Shown piece after piece: positions 40,601 through 51,114 of a stretch of DNA of 64,000 bases. Location: positions 213,271 through 277,270 of the forward strand of contig CBDANW010000002.1 of the NCBI GenBank assembly GCA_965197825.1, read 5' to 3'. Under the pieces are notes generated by a model. It saw only the letters and a list, made by a program, of their open reading frames with translations, was not told the DNA's origin and did no database searches. Made by a program: the position numbers and the translations under genes. Position 1 is the first letter of the stretch; each line of letters opens with the position of its first letter. This DNA is from Candidatus Marinacidobacterales bacterium. GTDB lineage: Bacteria > Acidobacteriota > Vicinamibacteria > Marinacidobacterales > DATDRI01.

Positions 40601-42004
40601 TTACGGGTTTATCGTTGGAGAGAAGGCGTGGTGGCGGCTTGGCTTGTGGCGCGCTTCGATCTGTCGGAGCGGCGTCTCGAAGAAGAACTCTTTTTCACCG
40701 AATGCCGGCTCCAGCTGATCCAGCCAGGTCGCTTCGGGGTCGAAGCGTGCGAAGAAGGGGCGGGCCACCCAGCGAGGGTCCCGTGCTTGAATGAACTTCA
40801 ACACGAAGACCTTTTCGCCTCCTATCTGGGCCACGCCGTCCACGAGAACTTTGCCGGGAGTCGCCGACATGGAAGGCCCTCGCACGGTGCGGGCCAGCCC
40901 GGATACCTGTCGATAGGCGTCATTGAAGATCTGCAGGGCTCGGGCCAGCGGGATCTCGAAGTAGTCCTTGGCGCCAGTATCCCGCTCCACGAACATGTAA
41001 TACGGAATCGCGCCTACGCGAACCTGGCGACGCCACATCTTTGCCCAAGCTGCGGCGCTATCGTTTACACGCCGAATCACGGGTGCTTGACACCGGATCA
41101 CGGCACCCGTGTCCCGGATTCGGTGCACCGCCTTCCGGGAGATCGGCGTTCCGAGCTCGCGCGGGTGGCTGTAGTGGGCCATGACCGCGACACTCCGCCC
41201 GCTGTCTCTAATCTCCTCGAAGAGGCGCAGGAGATCGTCCGCATCATCATCAGTAACGAATCGGTACGGCCAATAGGCGGGCGCCTTGGTGCCAAAGCGG
41301 ATCGAGACGATGTGATCGAGCGACGGATCGAGAAGAGGCTCCACGTACCTGCGGAGGACCTGAGTCTTCATGATCATCGGGTCGCCGCCGGTGAAGATCA
41401 CGTTCGTCACTTCTCGGTGGCTGCGTAGGTAAGACACGAGGGAATCTGCCTCGCGCGCCGCGAACTTGAGCTCGTCGATCCCGACGAACTGCGCCCACCG
41501 GAAGCAATAGGTGCAGTACGCGTGGCACGTTTGGCCCGCGGCCGGGAAGAAGAGCACGGTCTCCGCGTACTTGTGCTGCAATCCCGCAACCGGTTGCCCT
41601 CCAACCTGCGGCACATTGAGCTCCATTTGCAGCGCGGGGTGAGGGTTTAGAGTCTGCTGGATCTCCCGGGCGGCCATTTGGACTTCGTCTTCGGTAGCGC
41701 CGCCTCGAACGAGAGCGAACATCCTCGCGAAGTCCTCCTGCTTCAACATGTCTAGCTGAGGGAACGTGAGCTGGTAGATGGGATCGTCGGGGATGTTGGA
41801 CCAATCGATAAGCTCCTCGACGACGTAGTTGTTGACCCTGAACGGAAGGACGGCCGAAACCGCCTTCATCGAGGTAAGCTCGGTGGGCGATAGCCTTTCG
41901 AGCTGCGGTATCTGATCCATGTGCCGGCGCGTATAGATCTGTAAACGGCGGCTGTCGGGGGATTGATCTCGCTTGTCGTTGGCATGTTGCTTTTCGTGCA
42001 TGGT
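40601..42004 (-). CDS. KamA-family radical-SAM aminomutase (lysine 2,3-aminomutase-like)
   Basis: CHAYCTYCFRW (CxxxCxxC) cluster. Roughly 460 aa from MHEKQ. Confidence 0.75.
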   Translation of the reverse strand, partial: TMHEKQHANDKRDQSPDSRRLQIYTRRHMDQIPQLERLSPTELTSMKAVSAVLPFRVNNYVVEELIDWSNIPDDPIYQLTFPQLDMLKQEDFARMFALVRGGATEDEVQMAAREIQQTLNPHPALQMELNVPQVGGQPVAGLQHKYAETVLFFPAAGQTCHAYCTYCFRWAQFVGIDELKFAAREADSLVSYLRSHREVTNVIFTGGDPMIMKTQVLRRYVEPLLDPSLDHIVSIRFGTKAPAYWPYRFVTDDDADDLLRLFEEIRDSGRSVAVMAHYSHPRELGTPISRKAVHRIRDTGAVIRCQAPVIRRVNDSAAAWAKMWRRQVRVGAIPYYMFVERDTGAKDYFEIPLARALQIFNDAYRQVSGLARTVRGPSMSATPGKVLVDGVAQIGGEKVFVLKFIQARDPRWVARPFFARFDPEATWLDQLEPAFGEKEFFFETPLRQIEARHKPSRHHAFSPTINP

Positions 42005-42261
42005 GGCGTCCTCCTCTCTTCTAAGCAAGACCGCGGTCACACTCCGACTAGGCGGAATGCAAGTCGAGGTCGTTGTCAGCCCGCCAGGTGGGGAGCATGG
42101 GCTGTTAGAACCAAACGCCGGAAAAACGGTAAGAAGCGAAGATGGCAGTCTGACAAGAAGGTCCGGCGCGCGCTGCTGGAAACCCTTCTCGACTGAGGAA
42201 TGTTCATTATAACATGATCTCTCTAAGTATTCAAGAACAAGCGCTTAACCGGGACGGTGAT

Positions 42262-43648
42262 GTCTTAAGATTCCTGTCAAAGAAAAACGATGTATGGTCC
42301 CCAAGCTCAAACCCGTCCCCGTCATGGGGACAGAAAAGGAGAACCATACATCATGGGAAAGGTACTACCGAGTCAGCGATTGCTCAAGCAGTTCGAGGAA
42401 CAACTGGTATTTGGGGAGATGAATCTCTCGGAGATCGTCCGGTCGGGAGCTCAGATGATGCTTCAATATGCGTTGGAGCGCGAGGTGACGGAGGCGTTGG
42501 GTCGAAACTACTATGAGAACGCTCCGGCAACGACGAAGGAGAAGGGACGACGCAACGGGTATGAGTCGCATCGGGTCCTCACGGGCGAGGGAGCGGTGAC
42601 GGTGCAAGTGCCGCGGGTACGAGAAACAGAGAAGGTGTTTCAGTCAAAGATTCTCGACGCCTACGTGAGCCGGACCGAGAAACTCGATGAACTGATCGCG
42701 CGGATGTACGTCCACGGGATGTCGACGCGTGACATTGAGGCGACGTTCGCGGACGTGCTGAGCGGCACGGGTGTCTCGAAGTCGGTGGTGAGCCGGGTCA
42801 CACGGTGTCTGTCGGAGGATTTCGAGGCGTTTCGAAAACGGGATCTCTCGAACGAGAAGCTGTTGTATCTCGAGCTCGACGGCACGTACCTGCGCTACCA
42901 CCAAGGAGCGGAGAGAAAAGAGCCCATCCTCGTTGCGACCGGCTATCGCGCTGATGGGACGCGAGTTCTTCTTCATATCGGTGTCGGCAACCGAGAATCC
43001 TACGAGAACTGGAAGGGGTTCTTGCAGGAGATAGTGGCCCGAGGAATGAGGGAGCCGTTGCTCATCGTGACGGACGGGAATCCTGGAGTGCTCAAAGCGA
43101 TCGCAGAGGTCTTCCCTCGAAGCCTCAAGCAACGTTGCCAGAAGCACCGCCTCGAGAACATCCTGGGCAAGGCTCCGAAGGAAGTGCGCGACGAACTCAA
43201 GGCGGCCATCCTTGAGTCGTTCCATGCGAACAGCTACGAGCAAGGGCTGAAGAAGGGTCGGGAGGTGATCGCTCGGTACCGTCAACGATTCCCGAGCGCG
43301 ATGAAGTGCATGGAAGAGACCCTCGAAGCGTGTCTTCAGGCGCTACGCCTTCCTGCGGCGCATCACAAAAGGCTTCGCACGTCGAATCTACTTGAGCGCA
43401 CGTTCGGAGAGCACAAACGTCGCACAAAGGTCATTCCTCACTTCTTCACCGAGGAGGCCGCGATGAAACTCTCGTTCGCTGTGCTCTTGGCCGTCGCAAA
43501 CAAATGGCGCGGCGTGAGGATGGATGTCTTCGCCGCTAGGAAAGTCGAGGAGCTTCGCAACGAGCTTCTCCCGCAAGGCACGTCGGAGGAATCAGCAGCT
43601 TAACCGAGCGCGGGGAACCGTACGGAGATTTGACAGGAAAATTAAGAC
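42262..43648 (+). mobile_element. IS256-family insertion sequence, copy C, with perfect 8-bp target-site duplication ACCGGGAC
   Basis: Left flank ...cttaACCGGGAC|ggtgatg. Right flank cttgacc|ACCGGGACacg. Confidence 0.9.
42350..43603 (+). CDS. IS256-family transposase
   Basis: Identical to the 28119 copy. Confidence 0.9.
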   Translation: MMGKVLPSQRLLKQFEEQLVFGEMNLSEIVRSGAQMMLQYALEREVTEALGRNYYENAPATTKEKGRRNGYESHRVLTGEGAVTVQVPRVRETEKVFQSKILDAYVSRTEKLDELIARMYVHGMSTRDIEATFADVLSGTGVSKSVVSRVTRCLSEDFEAFRKRDLSNEKLLYLELDGTYLRYHQGAERKEPILVATGYRADGTRVLLHIGVGNRESYENWKGFLQEIVARGMREPLLIVTDGNPGVLKAIAEVFPRSLKQRCQKHRLENILGKAPKEVRDELKAAILESFHANSYEQGLKKGREVIARYRQRFPSAMKCMEETLEACLQALRLPAAHHKRLRTSNLLERTFGEHKRRTKVIPHFFTEEAAMKLSFAVLLAVANKWRGVRMDVFAARKVEELRNELLPQGTSEESAA

Positions 43649-43820
43649 TTGACCACCGGGACACGACTCCCCTCGCTCGGATTGTGCTATTCTCGGCGAC
43701 CCGGTGAGTCTCTCCCCTTGGAGAGAACCTGCTGAAGACAACCAAATTGTACCCTATCACACCTACACATCTGACACGGCAAATTTGTTGCCGCAGAGCA
43801 AGCGACGACTCGAGTCTGTT

Positions 43821-44000
43821 ATGGAAAGCTTGAAGAACATTCTCCTCACCTGGGGCGTGCCGGGCCTTTTCTTCATCTGCCTCCTGGACTCCGCGGGAGT
43901 GCCTTTACCAGGCGGACCGGACGCGGTGGTCATGCTACTTTCATGGCAACGCCCGAACCTGTTGGTCTGGATCGCGCTCGCCGCTGCATTGGAAAAAATG
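43821..44000 (+). pseudogene. DedA/SNARE-associated membrane protein N-terminal fragment (low confidence)
   Basis: MESLKNILLTWGVPGLFFICLLDSAGVPLPGGPDAVVML... then frame decay. Confidence 0.25.
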
Positions 44001-44139
44001 GCTCTAGATCTTCCGGACCAATGGGCTTTCCCGTCCCAGGATGGAGCACCGGCTTGGGACGATTGGGCATGGATGCCTGGATGTTGTACCAGGCTGTCGG
44101 GATGTCTTTCTCGCTGAGCAGGAACTTGGTCGATTCCAT
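43930..44139 (-). pseudogene. TrpB2-like (tryptophan synthase beta-like PLP enzyme) N-terminal 69-aa fragment (low confidence)
   Basis: MESTKFLLSEKDIPTAWYNIQASMPNRPKPVLHPGTGKPIGPEDLEPFFP then premature stop. Overlaps the DedA-like fragment on the other strand. Confidence 0.25.
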
Positions 44140-44390
44140 AGCCCCCCCTTTGTGTGGAAGCGCAGGCCCAAACCGCCTTATAGTACCGGAGCTCCTACTT
44201 CCGCAACCTTGCGGCTGGCCAGCGTATCTGCGAATAATGTGACCAAGCTAACTGTGAAAGGACTCGGAAACGACGAAATTGAGTGAGTTCGAGCCTTTCG
44301 AGCCGAGGCTCCCCACTCCGGAGGGCAGGACTCCATGACACCCCTCGAGCTTCCTATCGTCGATCGCCCGAGTTTCGGGGCTCGCCTCCC

Positions 44391-44706
44391 CGTCCTGTGC
44401 CAAAACTCGGCCCTCTTGAAATAGCCGATAAATCAGCAGCTTAGCGTCTGTGTTTTGCGATGGTGCCAAGGGCCGTGGGCTTTACGATCGTCTGGCCCGA
44501 GGGTGTTATCTTCGGATCCATCATGACGTACCATGTGCAATTCCTACTGTTGGTCAGGCAACCGTTGTTCGATCGGGCAGCCCTGCCGCTCACACAGACC
44601 TCATGGGTGCTTCCGCCATTAAGTGTTGGTAAAATGACACTAAGACTTTACGTGCATTAAATTACAGCCATGGTCTTTCAAAAGGGCCGAGTTTTGGCAC
44701 AGGACG
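44391..44706. mobile_element. MITE copy (IS481-like derivative), inverted orientation
   Basis: See 8710-9026. Confidence 0.8.
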
Positions 44707-44871
44707 CATCGTTCATTATGGCCACGATCTCCGAGCCGGGGGTGTCATCGAGCAGCTATCCTGAGCTATACTGCCGCCATTGCAAAGAGTTGGACCCAGG
44801 CAGGCAGAGCCACCGATGATGGACGCCGAACGCCCTGCGCCGGGCGTGCGCTTGACGGTTGGAGGGTTGTC

Positions 44872-46332
44872 GTGAGCAGCACTCGCCAAAAGGAGACGGG
44901 CGCGTATTTCACACCGCCAGATGCCGTCTCCGCGCTCGTGAAGTGGGTTACTCGACGAGCCTCAGATCGGCTGCTTGACCCATCGTGCGGCGACGGTCGC
45001 TTCATCGCTCTCCATCGTCGGAGCGTGGGTGTGGAGCAGGAAGCCGAATCGTCCCAGAACGCCCGAGAGAGGGCACCAGGGGCCCTGATTCACGAAGGCG
45101 ACTTTTTTATCTGGGCCGCGAGGACGACGGAACGCTTCGAGTGCGCTGCCGGTAATCCTCCTTTCATCCGGTATCAGCGATTCTCCGGCAACAACCGCCG
45201 GACAGCACTGAGCCTTTGCTCGCGGATAGGAGTTGATTTTTCGGCGCTGACATCTTCGTGGGCACCGTTTCTGGCTGCTACTGCTTCTCTCTTGAAGCCG
45301 GGAGGACGAATGGCGTTTGTCGTCCCGGCAGAGATCGGGCATGCGACGTATTCCTCGCCCCTGCTTGAGTATCTTGCCCGTAACTTCGGTAGGGTTCACC
45401 TAACCGCCATTCGAGAGAAGCTGTTCACCGATCTGTCCGAAGATGTGTGGTTACTCTTTGCTGATGACTTTGGCTCATCAACCAATGAGTTTGAGTTGTC
45501 TTGTCGAACTCGATTCGAGTATTCGGCAGAACCGCCGCTACCGACGCGGCGAGTCGGCTTGACCGAGTGGATCAGCTGGAATCGACGATTGCGACCATTC
45601 CTCCTGCCGCGTGGCGTGCGTGAACTGTACGAGAATGCCAAGAATGCTAATTCCAGTTTCAGACTTGGCGAAATCACGAAGGTCGGAATCGGTTACGTTA
45701 CCGGTGCGAACGACTTTTTTCATCTTCGTCCCTCCGACGTGGCTGCAGCGGGCATTCCCGACCGTTGGTTGCACACGGCAGTGAGGAATGGACGCGTTCT
45801 GACAACGGAAACGGTGAATCAACACACAGTTCGCAAATGGCTTAATGATGATGATCCCGTCCTGTTGCTACGGTTGCAGTCGGGGCAGAGTCTGCCGAGA
45901 GCCGTTTGCGACTACCTTGCAACACCCGCCGGAATCCGCGCCAGCAAGACCTACAAATGCCGCAATAGAAACCCGTGGTTTGTGGTGCCGGATGTGAAGG
46001 TGCCGCATGCGTTCCTCTCGGTCATGAGCGGCAATAAACCCTCACTCGCTTGGAACAGAGCCGGTTGTGTGGCGACCAATTCGGTACACACAGTTCAACT
46101 AACTGGAGCGGCGTCACCGCGGGCGATCCGAGATGCATGGAACGGCCCGTTGACGAGCTTGAGTTGTGAGATCGAAGGGCACCCGTTGGGTGGAGGGATG
46201 CTCAAGCTCGAACCACGCGAGGCTTCTCGATTGGTCTTGTCAAATAAGAAGTGTTGGCCCTCGGGGCAGAGTAGCCTGATCCAGGAGGGAGTCGAGACGC
46301 TCCGGCGGTGGAGGCATTCCGGTGCCCAGTAG
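44872..46332 (+). CDS. Gamma-class N6-adenine DNA methyltransferase (Eco57I/TaqI-like MTase domain)
   Basis: GAYFTPPDAVSALV, LDPSCGDGRFI (motif I), GNPPF (motif IV). 486 aa. GTG start. Confidence 0.7.
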   Translation: MSSTRQKETGAYFTPPDAVSALVKWVTRRASDRLLDPSCGDGRFIALHRRSVGVEQEAESSQNARERAPGALIHEGDFFIWAARTTERFECAAGNPPFIRYQRFSGNNRRTALSLCSRIGVDFSALTSSWAPFLAATASLLKPGGRMAFVVPAEIGHATYSSPLLEYLARNFGRVHLTAIREKLFTDLSEDVWLLFADDFGSSTNEFELSCRTRFEYSAEPPLPTRRVGLTEWISWNRRLRPFLLPRGVRELYENAKNANSSFRLGEITKVGIGYVTGANDFFHLRPSDVAAAGIPDRWLHTAVRNGRVLTTETVNQHTVRKWLNDDDPVLLLRLQSGQSLPRAVCDYLATPAGIRASKTYKCRNRNPWFVVPDVKVPHAFLSVMSGNKPSLAWNRAGCVATNSVHTVQLTGAASPRAIRDAWNGPLTSLSCEIEGHPLGGGMLKLEPREASRLVLSNKKCWPSGQSSLIQEGVETLRRWRHSGAQ

Positions 46333-47251
46333 CCCACCGGAGGTCTGCCAATGGATGACTTTCACGGATGCCCTGAAAGCTTTCGTACCCGGACTGCCAA
46401 ATCATCAGAGCACCAAACACATCAAGCGAATGCACTGGTATGTCGCATGTCGCTTGGTACTCGAAGGTGGTTTCGACCCGGAGACGATCACTCCACAACC
46501 ACCGTTTAGAGTACAGAAGAGCCGAGGAGCCTCTGGGCGACGATTCGTCCTCCACCATGACGACGACGTAGCCGGAAGTGGAGAGAGAGCCGTTCTTGGC
46601 GGGCTCAAAACAAAAAACGTTGATGTGGTTGTAGCGATAGACGGTATTGGACCGTGCGTGGCCGTATCCCTAAAAGGGACGTTGAACGCCTACCGAAACC
46701 TGACAAACCGCCTGGAAGAAGCCGTCGGCGACTGTACCAATATTCACATCGCATACCCTGCACTAGTGTACGGCTTTCTCCATTTGATTCGCGCTAACTA
46801 CGAAGGCCCCGTTCCTGAGAACGGCCAGAGGTTTCTGCAAGCGGACCGTAACGGTAACATCAAGGCCGAGGACATCGCCGTTACGGCGTCTAGGGAGGTC
46901 GGTGCGGGTATTCGGAGATATCACGATGCTATCTCAAGACTGGCGGGAAGGCGCGACCTTCGGGACGACATCACCAGATATGAAGCATTGGGGCTGGTCC
47001 TGGTGAGTCCAGAGGAAGATGCCATTGGAACGCCCGTGTTCTACCCGCCCTCGACAAGTGTGCTTTCCTTCAATAGATTCTTTCCCGCCCTGTATGAGCA
47101 GTACGACCTTCGCTTCGTCTACGGCGCGTCTGCGCTGGCAAGTAAGACACGACGAATCGAGTGGGACGCCGATTCGCCAGTTCTCAGCGATCCCCGTTTG
47201 GACGGGATCGAGGCGAGGGTTGCCGGGAGGCCGACCACGCCAGATCCGTAG
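46322..47251 (+). CDS. Putative cognate restriction endonuclease / R-M partner protein (309 aa)
   Basis: Overlaps the MTase stop by 11 bp. Possible PD-(D/E)xK-like stretch VDVVVAIDG...AVSLKG. No firm motif. Confidence 0.4.
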   Translation: MPSSPPEVCQWMTFTDALKAFVPGLPNHQSTKHIKRMHWYVACRLVLEGGFDPETITPQPPFRVQKSRGASGRRFVLHHDDDVAGSGERAVLGGLKTKNVDVVVAIDGIGPCVAVSLKGTLNAYRNLTNRLEEAVGDCTNIHIAYPALVYGFLHLIRANYEGPVPENGQRFLQADRNGNIKAEDIAVTASREVGAGIRRYHDAISRLAGRRDLRDDITRYEALGLVLVSPEEDAIGTPVFYPPSTSVLSFNRFFPALYEQYDLRFVYGASALASKTRRIEWDADSPVLSDPRLDGIEARVAGRPTTPDP

Positions 47252-47536
47252 CTAGACGACGGCCGCGTCGATGCTGACAGGGCCGGGACTGCCGATCAGG
47301 ATGAGCTTCGAGAGACATTCCTCTTTGACGGACTTCACCCAGCGCTCCGCGAACGAGGTCCAATCCGGGCTCCGTGCTGGCAGCTTGACGGGCACGACGC
47401 TAACTGCCTGTGCCTTCTATTTATTCATCCGCGCGCAGCATCTTGCTGACATAGTGGCGGGATCTAGCGGGTAACGCGCTGCCTCTCTCGTGTCCAACTT
47501 CCCTGCTTCCCGAAAAAATTTAGGAGAAATGATCTC

Positions 47537-48404
47537 GTGGGTCACTCAAATGAGAATACGCAATTTTGGCTCGCGTTGCTGACTTACCCGGACGACGCCC
47601 AACAACGAACACGATACTGGAACGGTTACCTTGCGTGGCAGTTGCCGGAAGACTTCCGGTACGAAATCCGTAACGTTGGTAATCCTCCTTTCAATCGGTT
47701 CTTTCAGAACGAACATTTGCAGTTAAAGAAAGAGGAGAAGTGTGCACTCGATGCACTTGCCGATAAGTTCGGCGGACATCCTCCATTCCCGAACAGGTCC
47801 AACGGAGTACCGGCCCGATACATGGATTTCTCCGGCCAAACGTTCAACCACGACGTATGTTTTGCTGGCCGGATTTTAGTCAGAGCTAGCTTTAAGGACG
47901 CCACGCTCGACTGTCTCTCCGACTTCCGCAATGTAACATTTGTAGATACAGCAGACTTTGAGCGAGCAACGTTTAGGCATTGCACTCGTTTCAATAGCGT
48001 CACATTCGAAAAGTCCGTCTATTTCAATGCTGCGACATTCAAGGAAACCACCGTGTTCGACGGATCCGTATTCAGGGATGCAGCGTATTTTGCTGGATCG
48101 TATTTCCTACCCATCCCCGGCATACAAAGACACCGGGCCGGTGCGGTGGGTTTTCGGAATACTGTCTTCACACGCGATGCAAGTTTTGAGGGAACCCAAT
48201 TAGACGTGCCAAGCAATTTCGAAGGTGCAAAATTCCAAGGAAATGCCAACTTCAAGACTTGTCTATTCCGAAAGATAGCAGATTTTCATAGAGCAGTATT
48301 CGAACGTCCTTCCGACTTCTCTGCCGCACGGTTCGAGCAGATTGCAAATTTCAATAACGCTAGGTTCAAATCTACTACATATTTCTGCGATTCATTATTT
48401 CTGA
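47537..48404 (+). pseudogene. Pentapeptide-repeat protein gene (low GC), 3'-truncated and fused in frame to an IS256 transposase 3' fragment
   Basis: Runs of 5-residue repeats (ATFRH CTRFN SVTFE KSVYF NAATF KETTV FDGSV FRDAA YFAGS). ORF continues into ILGKAPKEV... of IS256. Confidence 0.55.
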
Positions 48405-48888
48405 ACATCCTGGGCAAGGCTCCGAAGGAAGTGCGCGACGAACTCAAGGCGGCCATCCTTGAGTCGTTCCATGCGAACAGCTACGAGCAAGGGCTGAAGA
48501 AGGGTCGGGAGGTGATCGCTCGGTACCGTCAACGATTCCCGAGCGCGATGAAGTGCATGGAAGAGACCTTCGAAGCGTGTCTTCAGGCGCTACGCCTTCC
48601 TGCGGCGCATCACAAAAGGCTTCGCACGTCGAATCTACTTGAGCGCACGTTCGGAGAGCACAAACGTCGCACAAAGGTCATTCCTCACTTCTTCACCGAG
48701 GAGGCCGCGATGAAACTCTCGTTCGCTGTGCTCTTGGCCGTCGCAAACAAATGGCGCGGCGTGAGGATGGATGTCTTCGCCGCTAGGAAAGTCGAGGAGC
48801 TTCGCAACGAGCTTCTCCCGCAAGGCACGTCGGAGGAATCAGCAGCTTAACCGAGCGCGGGGAACCGTACGGAGATTTGACAGGAAAA
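48405..48888 (+). mobile_element. IS256 3' fragment (last about 150 codons plus right IR)
   Basis: Matches 43120-43648. Confidence 0.85.
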
Positions 48889-49002
48889 TTAAGACTTGAC
48901 CGAGAAATAGGCAGGGTCCGCACAAGCGCGTGCGTTACGAGTGGCATCCAGCCCGGTGACCCAATTCTGGCACCGTGTTTTTCCAGAACAGGAGAGGAAA
49001 TC

Positions 49003-49320
49003 ATGAGCGCAAAGTCAATGGAGATTAGGAGAGCTGCCGACGAGGAGTCGGTCGGAGAGTGGGGATTTCTGGCGTGGGTAATCTGGCCTGTTGCACTTCT
49101 CGTTGTCTACATTCGGTCTCCGAAAATGCCGGACTCGATGCTCGAATCACTTGAGAAAGAAGGCATCGGTGACACCGAGATCTCAGCGCTGGAACAGGCA
49201 TACGTGAGACGTCTAAAGGGACGCTGGATCAAAGCTGCCTGGATAGGAACTGGGTTGTCCTTTGCAACGGTCGTCATTGTTATGATCATTGTGCCACAAG
49301 CGTTTTTAGGTGGTTTCTAA
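49003..49320 (+). CDS. Small membrane protein (105 aa, two predicted TM helices), low-GC island
   Basis: AGGAGAGGAAATC ribosome-binding site before ATG. Hydrophobic segments WGFLAWVIWPVALLVVYI and AAWIGTGLSFATVVIVMIIV. Confidence 0.4.
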   Translation: MSAKSMEIRRAADEESVGEWGFLAWVIWPVALLVVYIRSPKMPDSMLESLEKEGIGDTEISALEQAYVRRLKGRWIKAAWIGTGLSFATVVIVMIIVPQAFLGGF

Positions 49321-49339
49321 GCTGATGCTCACGATGGTG

Positions 49340-49535
49340 GCGTCCTGTGCCAAAACTCAGCCCTTTTGAAATAGGCCATAAATCAGCAGCTTAGTGTCTG
49401 TGTTTGCGACCGGGCCAAGGGCCGTGGGCTTTACAATTGGCCCGAGGGTGTTATCTTCAGCTCCATGATGACCTACCACGTGCAATTCCTACTGCTCGTT
49501 CTGGCTGGCTGGGTCAACCGCCAGCAGCAGGATGT
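49340..49535 (+). mobile_element. IS481-like 5' fragment (left TIR plus about 30 codons)
   Basis: Matches 22909-23100. Confidence 0.75.
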
Positions 49536-49773
49536 ACGACGGCGTCAGGCTGCAGAGATTTGACCCGCCCCCCAACCCCGACTTTCCGACCGTGACGGAT
49601 GGTCTCGACGTTCCTGCTTCGTGCGGCGTGAAGAGCCACACCCACGACGCGGTCTTCTCGTTGGCCTGGGCACACAGGACGCTGCAGTCACGATATGGGC
49701 ATCCACCCCGGGTCAACAACGAACACCCTGGGCCTGCTTCGTTTCAGTGGACACCTAACGAACGGAGAGGTAT

Positions 49774-50085
49774 ATGGGTGTTCAGATGGCAGAGAAAAAG
49801 AAACGTCGGCAGTTCACGAAGGAATTTCGAGCAGAGGCAGTGCAGCTGGTTCGCGAGAGCGGCAAGGCAGTGAGCGTGGTAGCCCAGGATATCGATGTGA
49901 CGGAGACGTCGCTTTATGCCTGGGTGAGGCAGGACAGGATCGACCGTGGTGAAGGCGGTCCCGGAACCCTGACGAGCGAGGAACTCGAAGAACTGCGTGG
50001 CTTCCGAAAGGAAGTTCGGGAGCTTCGGATGGAGCGTGACTTTCTAAAAAAAACGGCGGCGTACTTCGCGAGCGTGAAGAAATGA
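49774..50085 (+). CDS. IS3-family transposase OrfA
   Basis: MGVQMAEKKKRRQFTKEFRAEAVQLVRESGKAVSVVAQDIDVTETSLYAWVRQ... leucine-zipper region. Ends at the frameshift window. Confidence 0.8.
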   Translation: MGVQMAEKKKRRQFTKEFRAEAVQLVRESGKAVSVVAQDIDVTETSLYAWVRQDRIDRGEGGPGTLTSEELEELRGFRKEVRELRMERDFLKKTAAYFASVKK

Positions 50086-50460
50086 AGTTCGCAGCGATTC
50101 GGATCCAGAGCGAGGAGTTCCACGTTTCGTGGATGTGCCGGCTGCTCCAGGTTTCTCGGAGCGGCTACTATGCGTGGCTGAGGCGGAAGTCCAGCCGCCG
50201 TGAACGAGATGACCTGCGCCTGTCCGTAAAAATCGTTGCGTCCTTCCGAGCCAACCGCGGAGTTTACGGAAGTCCTCGTGTTGTGGACGAGCTCCGTGCG
50301 GATGGTGAGTCTGTTGGGCGTCGGCGCGTTGCTCGCATCATGAGAGAGAAAGGCCTGTGCGCGCGCCTTCCGAGACGTTCTCGGAAGACGACGGATTCGT
50401 CGCACTCGCGCCCCGTAGCTCGAGACCTCGTGCAGCGCCAGTTCTTGCCGAAGACCCCGT
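50082..50460 (+). pseudogene. IS3-family transposase OrfB N-terminal fragment
   Basis: ...YGSPRVVDELRADGESVGRRRVARIMREKGLCAR... then TIR readthrough. Confidence 0.7.
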
Positions 50461-50689
50461 CCTGTGCCAAAACTCGGCCCTTTTGAAATAGCCCATAAAT
50501 CAGCAGCTTAGACGCCCTTGGAATCCGCGCAGAATCCAGGGTATTTCGCGCCGCAGGGCTGACTTCCGACCCATGGGGCTGGCGGATGAATAAATAGAAG
50601 GCACAGGCTCTGCGATAGGCGCTCCCGAGCAGACCTCTCCTCCAGACCATCCCTTTCGTCCAGCTGGCGCGCCCGAACTCCTATGCGAG

Positions 50690-50850
50690 TGCTTCCGCCA
50701 TCAAGTATTGGTAAAATGACGTTAAGACTTTACGGTGCATTAAGTTACAGCCAAAATAGCGTTCGTGACCTTCGCTGCGCGCTAAATGGAGCGTAAGCGC
50801 CTCTTTTGCAAAGGGATGCGTACACATCACCAACAGTAAACAGCGCAAGC
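50690..50850. repeat. Repeat family B copy
   Basis: See 22590-22770. Confidence 0.7.
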
Positions 50851-51114
50851 ACCCGATGTCGTCGTTCGTGCGGCCGGCGGGCACCACCAGCGCGTGGCCG
50901 TCATCGTCGCGCGCATCCTGGTGCCGCTCGATGTAATCAGCGACGCGCGACTCTTCTTATGCTGTCTTCTCGAGAAACAGCCCCGTCATCCAGCGCGACA
51001 TGATACCTTATTAAATCGTTGAATTCCCTGCACACAAATGCAGTTGCAGCAGATCGAGCAATTGACACACCTAGCGTTTTCGCTCTGCCCACCGACAAGA
51101 GAGTAACCACCACC

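Larger units (their letters stand above)
49561..50460 (+). mobile_element. IS3-family element, 5' part (IRL, orfA, start of orfB), truncated by a TIR/composite repeat at 50455
   Basis: IR-like TGACCCGCCCCCC at 49561. orfA 49774-50085 (HTH). orfB N-terminus in the -1 frame. A8 slippery run at 50046-50053. Confidence 0.75.

Noticed and set aside
42214-42516. 100-aa ORFs (also 55289-55579 and antisense partners) at IS256 ends
   Set aside because: Alternative-frame ORFs inside the IS256 left end and transposase 5' region. Identical in every copy because the DNA is identical.
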